A DNA stretch of 62,507 nt, filler included, from Basidioascus undulatus (lineage: Eukaryota): assembly GCA_000826855.1 (NCBI GenBank). It is 3 parts of 3 records of this genome, joined end to end, with 100 filler letters (N's around TTAATTAATTAA, not from the genome) between each part and the next. Parts side by side here need not be neighbours in the genome. Positions count along the whole stretch, not along the records: positions 20,883 to 41,657 come from JTLS01000359.1; positions 41,758 to 62,507 come from JTLS01000361.1; 1 more part is not named here. One strand, given 5' to 3'. Made by a program: the position numbers and the translations under genes. Under the pieces are notes generated by a model. The model had not been told where the DNA came from. It was given only the letters and a program-made list of their open reading frames with translations, and did no database searches. Shown here in pieces: positions 38,801-50,271 of the stretch (positions are counted from its first letter, which is position 1; each line of letters opens with the position of its first letter).

Positions 38801-40938
38801 GTTCTAAATCTTCAAGGTACGGCAAGTCAATCTGGCAAGCTATCCAAGACTACCGTCAAGGCGGTCAAAAGGACCTGCACTACCAGAAGATGCTCAAGTA
38901 CCCCGAGGGTAAGAAGGTCCACTGTCCAGTTCACAGTCGCACGGAAGCTCACCATGACACTCTGAAGTTCCCTACTGGTACTACTGCGTGATCTTAGTGG
39001 TGACGTTCGCCCTCGTGATGGGCTTGATGTACGCGGCCGACAGCGGCCTTCCGTGGTGGGGTCGTGCGTCTTTTTCACTCTCGAACTTAAGCTATCGGAT
39101 CAGGGCTGAATAAATTCACCGTGATCTTTGCCATGATCTCCCTGATCCTCGTCCCGGTTACGACTGCCCTGTCCGCCATCGTCGGGTACGCCTTGGTGTC
39201 CAGCCGAGCAACTTCCCAGTCTTTCTGACACTGGCCTTCCCTCAGCTTTGGCGCGGACATTGAACAGCTTGTAATTAAATCTAGAATAACTCGCTTCTGG
39301 AACACTTGACTAACCTTGACCACCGTCACTCAGTGTAACATGATTGCGTCCGCCATCGTGCCCGGAAGACCTCAAGCGTGCATGTACTTTGTGGTACGCC
39401 GAGCACCCTCAAGCTTCAGGAGTTGCGGAAAGAACCTTAACACTCACCACTTCTTAAATAGAGCTGTCGCCAACAACACGACGCTCCAGGCACGCGATCT
39501 GCTCCGCGACCTGAAGCTCGGCCAGGTGAGAAAGGACATCTCAGTCTCTTGCCCGGAAGATCTGATTCTGACAAGCACGCGTTCACAGTATACCGGGCTT
39601 GCGCCTCGGGCCACATTCTGGGCCAAGACGTGAGCAGCCTGCGCACATCTTACCCGCTTTCGAAAGCGCTGACCCCGACCTCAGCGTTGGCACGGTGGTT
39701 GGAGCTCTCCTGAACTACATGTACGCAATGTCGTGCCTTCCAAAGTACCGCCTGGTACTCAACGCCTGAACTTCACAGCATGATGAAGACTATCATCTCC
39801 GCCAACCGCGAGATTCTCCTTGACGTGCAAGGTTCAAACGTCTGGTCCGGACGCTGTATGTGATTGCAAAAACCTCCTTCAAAGCGCGACCGCTGACACA
39901 ACGCGCCATACTCTAGCTGTCCAGCCCTACAACTCTAACGCCATCACCTGGGGTGCGCTGGGCAAAGACCTTTACAGCCCGAGCGGGACTTACGGGGTAC
40001 GTTGGTCTTCTCATGTCTTTCCAGGGCAAAAGCGGCTCACAGCTGTTTGCTTTGTGCCGTCTCCAGGTCGTCCCCCTCGCCATCATCTGGGGTCTGGCTC
40101 TCCCCCTGCCGTTCTGGCTCATCCACCGGTACCGCCCGAACTGGAATGGAGACCGGGTGGTCACTCCCATGCTTGCCTGTAAGCTAGTTGTACGCGAAAT
40201 AGCCAAGGTCATTGGTCGCTGACTTTGAACATGCCCAGGGACGCTCGGTAACCTCTCGGTCGGGACTAACAGCAGTGTCGTGCGTAAGCTTTACCCTCCC
40301 TTTCACTTTCGATGTCTGAACGGAGTCATGCCTCAGTTCTTCTTTTTCGTGCTTGTGCTGGTTTCGCAATGGGTATGAACTACGAACGCCTCGACATCCG
40401 CTTCAATTTGACTTACACTCTCCGACCCACAGTACCTTCGCATCTACCGTCCCGGTTGGTTCCGCAAGTAGTAAGTTCAAACGTTGTCTATCACATGGAA
40501 TGCCGTTGTCTGAGATTACTGTTTCCAGCAACTACCTTCTCGCCGCGGCATTGGACGGCGGCATGCAGGTCATGGTCTTTGTCTGGTTCGTCTTGTCCAT
40601 ATGATACGCATAACGGAAAGACTCACCCATTTCTATATCCCCACAAGGACATTCGCTGTAAGCTCTAATCTACCCAGAAGATGTCTACCTTTCCGAAGCA
40701 TGCGCTGACCGTCCTGTCTTCCTCCCAGGTCGGCGGTGGAAGCGGCAAATCTGTGCCTTTCCCTACTTGGGCCCTGGTGAGTCCAAAACCCTTCCGTTCT
40801 AAACAGTTTTTCTCCTGACTAAGATGCTTATATACAGAACAGTGAAGGAAATGCGGACTACTGCAAGCGGTGCGGCTCCTGCAGCCCACTCTCACACGCA
40901 GCCATCTATGCTGACTCCTCTGACACAGCCTTACCTGA
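35813..40938 (+). pseudogene. OPT-family oligopeptide transporter, about 46 exons, with multiple apparent frameshifts and broken splice acceptors
   Basis: DDPTLPVFTLR, NPGPFNIK|EHV, SQMIGYGLAG, WEWFPE|YIA|P, GNEGLG, FDWQYI, DLHYQKMLKYPEVP, LPWWG, PGRP, DLKLGQ|Y, PRATF, ITWG, KYNYLLAAALDGG, NADYC. Lesions are listed under findings. Confidence 0.85.
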
Positions 40939-41657
40939 ACGTGGAGTACCTCAAGCTTTCCAACCGGTTCGCATCTCCATAGGTCCTGTGTGCGCCATCT
41001 CAGGCGTTTCTGTATTCTCGGTTGTTCTCTGGTTCATTTCCCTCGGCTGTCTGGTGTCTTTCTCACTTTGATTTACGGCATAACACATTCACGTTGTCCA
41101 CCACTGTGGCTTTTTGACCATCCGGATCGATAATCAGAAAGGAACTCGCTTGAATGGACTGAAAGTCTGTTCTACATACCCGGGCCTCCGCTGCAGGCAG
41201 TACTCATTTGGCACCAGGATCGGAAGCCATCGCGGCTTAGCTCGCTCACGTTGTGTTCGGGATGCCTCGACTTCTGTTCTCAAAGTGAAAAGCAGCGCTT
41301 TGTTCCTTTCAGCGGGTGGGACGAGTGAAAGCATTGAACACAGTCGATACAGTCGGTCTGTCAGTGACCTAGCCAAAATGTTAGCCTATCTGGCCCTCAC
41401 CCTTCTTTCATGAGACTTGCACCTGTCTCCCAGCAAATTTACACCAAAGCTCCAATCAGATGGTTCTGTAGGAGATTCAGACCAATGCGTGTGCCGTGAT
41501 TACAGATTACAGATGTATTAACTGACTTCGCCGAGTACAAAGCTCGGCTCAGGTCTGCACAGTGGCATGGATCTCGTCAGCTGTGTATCTCCGACCTTCC
41601 CTCCATCCGCCCGCATTGCCACTCAGCCCCCCCCCCCCCCCCCCACCCACCTCCGGC

Positions 41658-41757
41658 NNNNNNNNNNNNNNNNNNNNNNNNNNNNNNNNNNNNNNNNNNN
41701 NTTAATTAATTAANNNNNNNNNNNNNNNNNNNNNNNNNNNNNNNNNNNNNNNNNNNN
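41658..41757. other. Assembly gap with six-frame-stop linker, preceded by a poly-C run
   Basis: 44 N + TTAATTAATTAA (41702-41713) + 44 N. Confidence 0.98.
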
Positions 41758-41969
41758 CCCCTCCGCTCTATCTTCCGGCTCTCAACCAACAGCCGTCGTC
41801 CGTCGTCCGTCCGTTGGAACGCCCCACCTCGCTCTCACCCACGTCCACCGCCCTTCAATCCCACATCGACGATCTCGAATCTTCCCTCTCTCTTTCCTAA
41901 GCCAATCTCAAAGCGAAGAAAGAGACGTCGCAGGCCCAGAGAGCCGCGTCGCTTGCGTGCACAGCAAGG

Positions 41970-42925
41970 ATGGAGGAGTAGTTGTCTTGCATGTTGTGAG
42001 TGCTCGCAGATAGGTGACGTGGAAGAATAAAGCTAACACGTTCTAACTTGACTTTTTTTTCAACAAGTTGCGCCGATCTCCTCGCTGCCCCAAACGACCC
42101 AGTGCGGGCACACCTTCTATGGGAACCACCTGCACAAATGGCTCACGATGGTCAGTACATTCCCACTGTCTCCTTGTCCATACCACATGTCTCCTGGGTT
42201 CACACTCATCTCCTTACCTTTTCCCGTCCAAGCGCTCTCTCAAAGCGGCGCGCCACGACGTGCGTCTCCCTCTCTCTCTTCCTCGGCTCTCTCATACTCG
42301 TCAGCTCACGAGCTCACCCACTGCTCGCCTGCGAACGCAGAACTATCGCCCACTCTACTCGCTCTGCAAAACACACCTCAGCCAGCCGTGGTACGTTCCA
42401 GACTTCAAGTTCGACGCGATTGTGTCCCAGTTCGCCGAGGACCAACAAGACCCCAATTACGCCGGTCAGAGGAGGTCCGTCTTCTTCCGCATACTCCTCC
42501 TTTCTGCCCCTTTCCTCCTCCGCTTTCTTGCTGTTCTGAGTTTCAGGTGCTGCAACCCTCAGGGACGCTGCGACCGACTTCGCCGCGCTCAAGCGGGACG
42601 AAGAGCGCGAGCGGGAGAAGGAACAGCAGCAGCAGCGGAAGCTCGAACAGAAGAGGGTGGAGAAGGAGCAGGAGAGGCAGAAGAAGCTAAAGCAGCAGTT
42701 AAAGCTCGAGCGAGAGCGGCGGAAGAAGCTGGAGCGCGAGCTGGAGGTGGTGAGGCAGAGGCAGAGGGAGGCGGAGCAGCGGGCCATCCCTCCCGCTCCC
42801 CCCGCCGCACCCGGACCTGCACCCGGACCGCCCGCTGCCCAGCCAGCTCCTGCTCAACCTCCGGCCGCTGCGCCCCTCGCACCCCTCCCCGCTCAAGCCG
42901 CTGCTCCGTGCCTTCCCGTCGTGGT
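41970..42925 (+). pseudogene. Degenerate RING-finger (C3HC4-like) plus coiled-coil protein
   Basis: ATG GAG GAG TAG start (MEE*LSCM.|CADLLAAP), then frameshift to CGHTFYGNHLHKWL with Zn-ligand Cys lost, CKTHLSQPWYVPDFKFDAIV, an E/K/R/Q coiled coil and a Pro/Ala-rich tail. Confidence 0.55.
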
Positions 42926-43841
42926 AAGACGGGTTTCTGGTACGAGATCTACAAAGAAATGTTCAACAGTAAGAAGGGACAGTCTCAACTGGGACTTACG
43001 TCGTCCAGAGCTAGAGAGGGACGTCGACCGGCAAGGCCGGTGAGGGCGCAGCACCATGAGCGGGGGAGGAAGAGGGAACTGCGGAGGGACCCAATCGGAG
43101 GCTTACCGAGCATAGTGTCTGTGAGAGCGACGGTGGCGATAGTGACAAAGGAAGGAAGGGCTGTGCTCCGCCTGCGCAAGCAAGGGAGCTGCCAGTGCCA
43201 TGCAGGCGTCGGCGGTGAACACGCCCACCTCGTCACGCGCTTGTCTGCTTCTAAGAAGTGAAAGGGAGACCCTGACTTTGTGACCCTATACCTGTTCTGT
43301 TTTCACGGCACGCTAGTTCAGGGTTGAAGTGGCAGGCTTCCAAGGTGTCCACAGAGCGGCCTTCACACCGCTTGGCTCCCCACCCAGTTAACTTGAGGGT
43401 AAACCTATTAACCACACTCACCTGTGAGTGCAATATCTGCACGCTCCTCGCTGTGCGTTAGTCTTCACGACAAGATGAGCTGGGTCAACGAGAAGGAAAG
43501 ACGTCTTCAGCACGAGGAAGGGCCCTTCTCAACTCAGCAAGCCGTACCTGGAACTCAGCACATCTCTTATGTGCCATTTTCTTGGAGATCAAAGTTGCAG
43601 CAGTCAGTCGGCAAGTTTCTACATCATGTCTGCAGTCTCAGCGAGGAGTTTCAGAACGCGTGCGCGTCGCTCGGACCCACGCGTCGGTCCAGATTTGAAG
43701 ATTCCCACGCTCGACAAAACGCGCTTCGCACAGAGCTGGCCTTGCCCTCCGCTGCCCCCCCTTCCCTTGTCCTCCACCCTCATCTTTTTTTTTGCTTCCC
43801 TCCTCCCTTTCCTCCTCCCCCTCATTCCAAAGAACCCAACG

Positions 43842-45160
43842 ATGTCTGGAAAGGGCAAGGCTGCTGTTGTCGAGTCAGTCCACCTCATCACGACGCCCTC
43901 TGGACAGCGTTGACGAGCTTCCGCGATGGAACAGGGAGATCACGCTCGACGACGCGACGGTTGAGCAGCTCAACGAGCTCAAGAAGCAGGGCGAGGTCGC
44001 CAACTGGCGCGTCGTCAAGGAGCAGGCCCGCATCTACGCTCCTCTCTATGAGAAGCGCCGCGCTCTGGCCAAGACCATCAAGGGCTGTGCGTCGACTTGC
44101 CCCCTTCCTCCTTCCCGTTTGAGGCTCGGCGAGGGGGTGCTGCAGTTGCGGCGGAGTCTCTGACCGTGGGGAGGGGGAACGCGCAGTCTGGCCCACCGTC
44201 ATCAACAACCACGGCATGCTCCAGCTCCACCTGAGCGGCTCGGAGGACGCCGAGGCCATCAGCGCACTTGAGGACGTCGTAAGTCTCCTTCCTCCCCTCC
44301 CTCCCTCCTTGCAGCTCCCAGTGGGCTCTGCCGCTCACCACAAGAGATGTTATTGGCATGCAGGAGATCGTTCGGTCAGAGACCGACCCCCGCGAGTTCA
44401 CGATCACCTTCCACTTCGGCGAGAACCCGTACTTCACCAACAAGACCCTCGTCAAGTCGTACACCGTCCACAAGCAGGCTGGCTCCTCGTCCGCGTCCGC
44501 CGGCGAGCCCACCGACGACGAGCTCGTCAACTACGACCCGGAGCGGGACCTCGTTGGCTCTGTACGTCCCGTTACCCATTTCCGCGTTAGGGACAGCATT
44601 GCGCGCAGACCCACTGAACTTCGGAGGGGTGTGTTGTGGCGGGGTGCGCGAGCAGAAGACGACGATCGAGTGGAAGTCCCCCGAGAAGGACCTGACCAAG
44701 CTGCACCCGCGCTCGGGCGACATGGAGGACCTCAACGGTGACGACGACACGCCGATCGAGCCCGGCAGCTTCTTCCACCTCTTCACGGAGGAGAAGGACC
44801 CCTTCGACATCGGCAGCGTCCTGCTCGAGGACCTGTACCCGTCCGCGATCGACTACTTCCTCGGCCTCGGCGAGAACTCGCTCGCGTACGTTGTCGCCCT
44901 TGGGTTGGAGATGGCTCTCGCTGGCGTGCCTTGTACTGATCTGAGGGATTGCCATCCGATCATAGGAGCGACGATGAGGACGAGGCCTCTGAGGACGAGT
45001 CCGATGTGGACCCCAACGAGGAGATCGACCTGGATGTGCGTCCTTCCTCCCGCCTTCTTCCTTGGCTTTCCGGTGCCACTTCCTCAGCATCGGCTCACCG
45101 ATGCTGCGCTTTCTCCAGGACGACGAGAAGCCCAAGAAGAAGCGGGCACGCAAGAACTAA
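43842..45160 (+). CDS. NAP-family histone chaperone (SET/Vps75-like)
   Basis: PLYEKRRALAKTIKG|FWPTVINNH, DPREFTITFHFGENPYFTNKTLVKSY, TIEWKSPEKDLTK, EPGSFFHLF, EDLYPSAIDYF, acidic tail and basic end PKKKRARKN*. Confidence 0.9.
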
Positions 45161-45682
45161 GCGTCTACCATGTGCCACGTTGTTGCGTCCGCTCTTCCCA
45201 TCCTTCAAATTTCATTCACACCCGTCCCCTCCTCACCTCGTAACACACATTGCCGCTCCTTGCCCTCTCTGCCTTCTCTCTCTTCGGTGCTTGTAATAAT
45301 CAAATCTATTGCTCTCGCGTTGCATCGGTACACTGCTGTGTCAGCCCACGTTCTGCTCAAGGCACGTGCTTGAGGTGGCTCGTCCGCAGCTGGGCGGTAG
45401 GTAGCACTAGGACGAGCAGTTGCAGCGTCTTGTCTCGCCACGCTTGTGAGATATGGCGCTCCTTGCCCGTTCAGTGCGCCATACTAGGTGACCAAGTCCT
45501 TTGGACAATACTGGTGTATGGGCGTTGTTGAGGTTATCAAACGCAGCGTCTTCGTCGGTCAAATAGCAAGTCTTGATGACGTCGTTCGCAGCCGATCGTC
45601 TTCTCAACCAATTTCAACCCTGCTGCTCACCACCGCCTTTCGCATACCTTGAATCTACTTGCATACCCACCTACCGGATACC

Positions 45683-48600
45683 ATGGCCCAACCCCCGCCC
45701 ATATCCTACAACCGCCCCACCCAGCGTCCGAAGCACGCGCTCCGCCTCAACGCCCGCCCGGAGGAGTACGAGCGGTGCGTCTTCTCGCGCTCTCGAATCC
45801 CGACCTCGTTGCGCGGGAGACCTGATGAGAGCGTGCGGCTGGGGCTTGCAGCGCGGATCCTACGAATTTTAAGAACAAAGTTATTTGCGGGTACCAGGTG
45901 AGTCTCGCATGTTCCTGGCGAGGTGTCGGGAGAGGCTGATGCGAAAACGATGCGCGGTAGGCCTGGTTCTTGTGCCGCGGTGACGGGCCTCAGGTCCTGC
46001 CACAATGGTCGTTTTACAAGTGGTGCGTAGACTCTCTTGACGCCATATGTTTACCACATCACTGGTCTTTCGCTGACGCGGTTTCATGCAGGGGGCTCGG
46101 GCTGGACGGCACGAACCGGACGAATGTCGATACGTGCGTCTGACGCTGTCTTCCCAACGAAACACGCAGCGTGCGGCTCATCGTCAGAGGGATGAGGGCC
46201 TGCAGGTACCCGGACATGACGCTCTACGACGAAGACGAGAAGTACCGGGCCTCGGGGATGCGCTTCCCCGACGGGAGGGAGAGCGAGTGGTTCTCGTCCC
46301 GGAACCCTAAAACGGTGCGCTTCGTTCTCTCGCCCAATCTTTTACAGAGCGTTCGCTGATGAGGTTGTTTGTGGACGGGGAAAAAGACTGACAAGCACTT
46401 CTCGTGGATGGCTCAGGCGCAGATTGACGGCGTGCGTGATGCGTTGCGTGAGCGAGATGGGGAGATAGCTGAGCGAAGGTATGCGGGAGGATAGGTCGCG
46501 CTGCAGCGGTTTATCGAGTGCGCCTTTCAACCCCCAACACGAGGATCTGGCAGGTTCTGACTGTCGTGTTTGCTCAATGCAGGTACACCGAAGACGGCCG
46601 CATCAAGCTCTGGCGCGACCAGCTGAACGACATTGTCCGGCGCGCCGCGGAGAAGTGGGGGCGGGTGTGGTTCATCGAGTAAGTCCACGACCTCCACTTG
46701 GCAACTGGATGTCGGATTCAAAATACTCATTACTGTGGCTTGGTTGCGCAGGTACGACATCGCCCATGGAGGGAAGGAAGACTGCCCGGAGCGCCTCCTC
46801 AACGACCTGAAGTTCTTGATCCACGAGCAGAGAATCTTCGATAGCCCGATGTAGTGAGTGTAGCTCCTCTCAATAGGCATCGGTGTAGTGCTGATTTCGA
46901 GTCATGGGAAGCTTGACGGACGAGGGGCGTCCGGTGATCGGTATCTTTGGTACGGCCATCCTGGGTACTGCGCGAGACCGCGAGGATGCTGAACGGAAGC
47001 GACGATCCCACAGGCCTCACGCTCAACTCCAAGATTAATGGCGCCGCAAGCGCCAAACTCATCGACGACCTTCATGCTGTACGTGCTCCCAATCCTTGTC
47101 CTGGAAACTGTACGCTGAAGCTGACGTGCGGCTACGCGCAGATGGGCATCTACGTCTTCCTCGGCAGCGGCGGGAACTGGCGGACGAACCCGCAACTGCA
47201 GAACGACGCGGGGTACAAAGCCTGTCTGGAGAAGATCGACTGCATGAGTGCGTGCCGTGTCTTCTGACTTCCCCTTGCTGCTTCGCCGTGGTACTGAAGC
47301 GGTGGTGCGAAGGCCCCTGGACTATTGGCGGGTACAGGAACGCCAAAGAGGCGGAGTTCATTTGCGAGCAGGAACAGATCAAGGATGCGGAGGAGGTGCA
47401 TGCGAGGGGCAAGCGGTACATGCCTGTTTGCTGGCCGGGTGCGTTGTACACCTGTTCCGCGTCGAATAGCGGGAGATGCTGAGTTGGCGCGGGCTCGAAT
47501 GTGCTCAGGCACGTCGTGGTGGAACTCGCACAAGGTATGTCACCCGTTCAGCCGTTAGGTCTCATGGCTTGCGCTCACTCCACATATTCGGGGCTCGCAG
47601 GACCGCGTGGGCCATTTGCTTGTCCACCACCGCAGGCAGTATACATGAGCTGACTGATTCGCCGACAGTACAACAATGTCCCTCGCAGTAAGTTCTTGAC
47701 CTCGCTCCAATTGTCACCTTTTCGCTTATATTTCTTGATGCGCAGTGGGTGGACGCTTGCTCTGGCAGCAGCTGTGGCAGGCGAAGGCTAAGACTGGCGC
47801 GGACAACATCTTCAGTGCGTACTTTAGCTTACAAGTCCGTTGCAGCCTGATGAGGCTGACCACGTTGCTGTCCGAAGTCGCGATGTGTGCGTCTGTTTGA
47901 TGAGTATCCGAGAGAAGATCGGCAGCTGCTGACTACCGATTCGTACAGGGGATGAGCACGACGAGTCGACGGCGTAAGTTTTCCCCTAGCCCTCCCACAA
48001 TTGAACGGGTCGTTGACTTTCATTGCTTATCTTTAGGATCATGCCCATCGAGGTGCGAGTTCTCTCCGTATCCAGCGGAGAACGAGTCTCTCACACCTCC
48101 TTCGCAGCCTCTCACCTACCAACTTCCGATCATTGCGACGCAAGACAAGAACCACGAGCACGTCAAGATGATCGCCCTCGAGTGAGCCGGTCTACCAGTC
48201 CAGCCTCGTTCGTTCCGCCAGATCTAACCGGAGCTCCGACGCAGCGTTGACGGCGACGTTGTCCCCTCAGACTGGTACACACCAATCCCCCTCGATCTTT
48301 CCTGTTCTCACTTACGCATTTTCGCTTGCTCAGGTATCTGCGTATCACTGCGCGCGCGAGTCTCTACATCAAGGGTCGCGGCGAGATGAGCCAGACGATC
48401 GAGGAGGATTGGAAGATCCTGGAGGACTGGGACTTCGGACCGAACGTGCACCAGGCGCCGCCGCCTCCGACGCCTGTGCGTCCCTGTGGGCCGCCCCAGG
48501 TTCCGATGGACTCGTACCCGGGCCAACAGCAGCAGGTGCCGCAGCAGGGGTACCAGCAGGGGTACCAGCAGCCGTACTATCCCCATCAGCAGCAGCCTTA

Positions 48601-48866
48601 CCAGTACCAGCAGGGCCCGCCGCCGCCCCAAGCATCTCCCGCCCAAGCTCGTCAGTTCGCTTTCCCCAGCTCAAGCGTTCCGTATTTGAAGTTCGGCTGA
48701 ATCGTTCACTCTCGGTCTTGTAGGTCCTCCCAGTCATGCCTTGCCCTCCCAGGCGTCGGCTGCGCTCGACAAGCACTTTGGGGCCAAGAACCGCAGGAAG
48801 GTGGAGGAGGGCGTGGAGACGCTCCAGCAGGGCTTTGGGAAGCTGTGGGGGAAGTTCTCGAAGTAG
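45683..48866 (+). CDS. GH71/GH99-like glycoside hydrolase with Q/P/Y-rich tail, no evident signal peptide
   Basis: YPDMTLY, FSSRNPKT..KHFSWMAQAQIDG..QRF, AAEKWGRVWF..YDI, PWTIGGY, YMPVCWPG|TSWWN, GGRLLWQQ, IAM|WDEHDESTA|IMP (ExxE pair), ALDVDGDVVPSD|WYLR. Confidence 0.75.
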
Positions 48867-50271
48867 AAACGGGAAAAACGACTATACATATCGGATTGCA
48901 ACGGACCTTACCGGCCATATTTTATTCCTCTTGGCTTTTGTCAGTGTGAGAGTCCGCGAAGACGCGGGCGCTAGCGTTCTGTGTTTGGCGATACTGCAGC
49001 GGACCATATCAAGCTGACGATGAGCGCTACCTCTCCTGTCTTTGTATGGCAGGCTGTGCATGGAAAGACGGTATACCGTAGGCTCTCATTGGTTCGGGCA
49101 ACGCACGACAAGCGGAGCTCTACATTCACACTTGTGAACCTGATACAGCGGTAGACTGTCTCTTTCACGCACTAGCACTGCTTCAGAAAGTAGTATAAGC
49201 TCCCAAGAATCTCATTTGGGTAAAGGCCTATTGAAAGGAGACGGCAGGGCGAGTCGTTTGACTAAAGCGGGGACACAGTTGCGCTGCACGCCAGGTGCAG
49301 GGTAAGGCAGAACACTGAAGGTCAACTAAAACGTGGCAGGGTTTGAGAGAGCCGGATACCATACAAAGAGGGCTTCTTTCTCTAGTTGGACTGTACATGG
49401 AAGGGATAGATCTACATCAATATTGAGGAGGCGCAACTGGCCTCGGACTTGGATTCTGCGGGGCAGCGACTTCACTTGATCGACACACATTGGACGCTGC
49501 TTGAAGGGGCGGTTGTTCCTGTAGCTGTTTTTCTAACCTTTCCTTGCAGTTGATCTTTCTGTCACGTAGGGACGGAGAGTACATGAAGTGGCCGCCAGAC
49601 TACACTGACGTTTGCAGTGACCTTCCCCGGTGACTCGGTCTGAAAGGGCGTACACATCGGATGTACACAGCTATCAAGAGGGACTTGCGACTTACAGATA
49701 ATCTATACTCCCTTTACTATGCCAGGTTATCGGAGGGGAACCTCAGAAGCGACCATCCGGCTGCGCGCACGGTTGTGCACTCTGGTACTCAGCGAGACAG
49801 ACCTCGACTTCGTCGCGAAATCTTCAGTAATGGCTGACAACGCGTCCACTCACATTTTTCTTGTCTGTATTTAATCTGATCTGATCTCTTGGCCGTCCGG
49901 GAACAAGAATTCACGGTTGAACACTCATAACTGAGGCAAAACGACAGGTAGGCAACTGCAGCGGTGAATGGGAAGTCGCGTCTCGTTGAGCTGGTACATG
50001 AGGAGGCCCTGCTTACTAGACTTCCCAAAATAAACAGCAGTTCTGCCTCCCATTTGTTCCACAACCTTGAACGGGTTTCCACAAAGAGGTCCAAAGGGCA
50101 GCGTTTGCAGCCTTTTCAGGCTGCATTTAGGTTAGTTGTGTAGCATTATATGCACTAGTTGATGGGACGCCCTTCCACCCGACGTCGTCCTCGCTCTCGT
50201 CGTTCTCGCTCTCGCGCTCATCATCGCTCACCCTTCCGCCGCTGTTCTTTCCCTTCGCGGCGCCACCGACC

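Noticed and set aside
41627..41650. Poly-C run as a functional G-quadruplex element
   Set aside because: It abuts the gap, so its length is unreliable; it most simply explains the contig break.
49200..50094. Possible coding or transposon remnant between the GH-like gene and PRP19
   Set aside because: All frames are interrupted, with no recognisable motif or terminal repeats.
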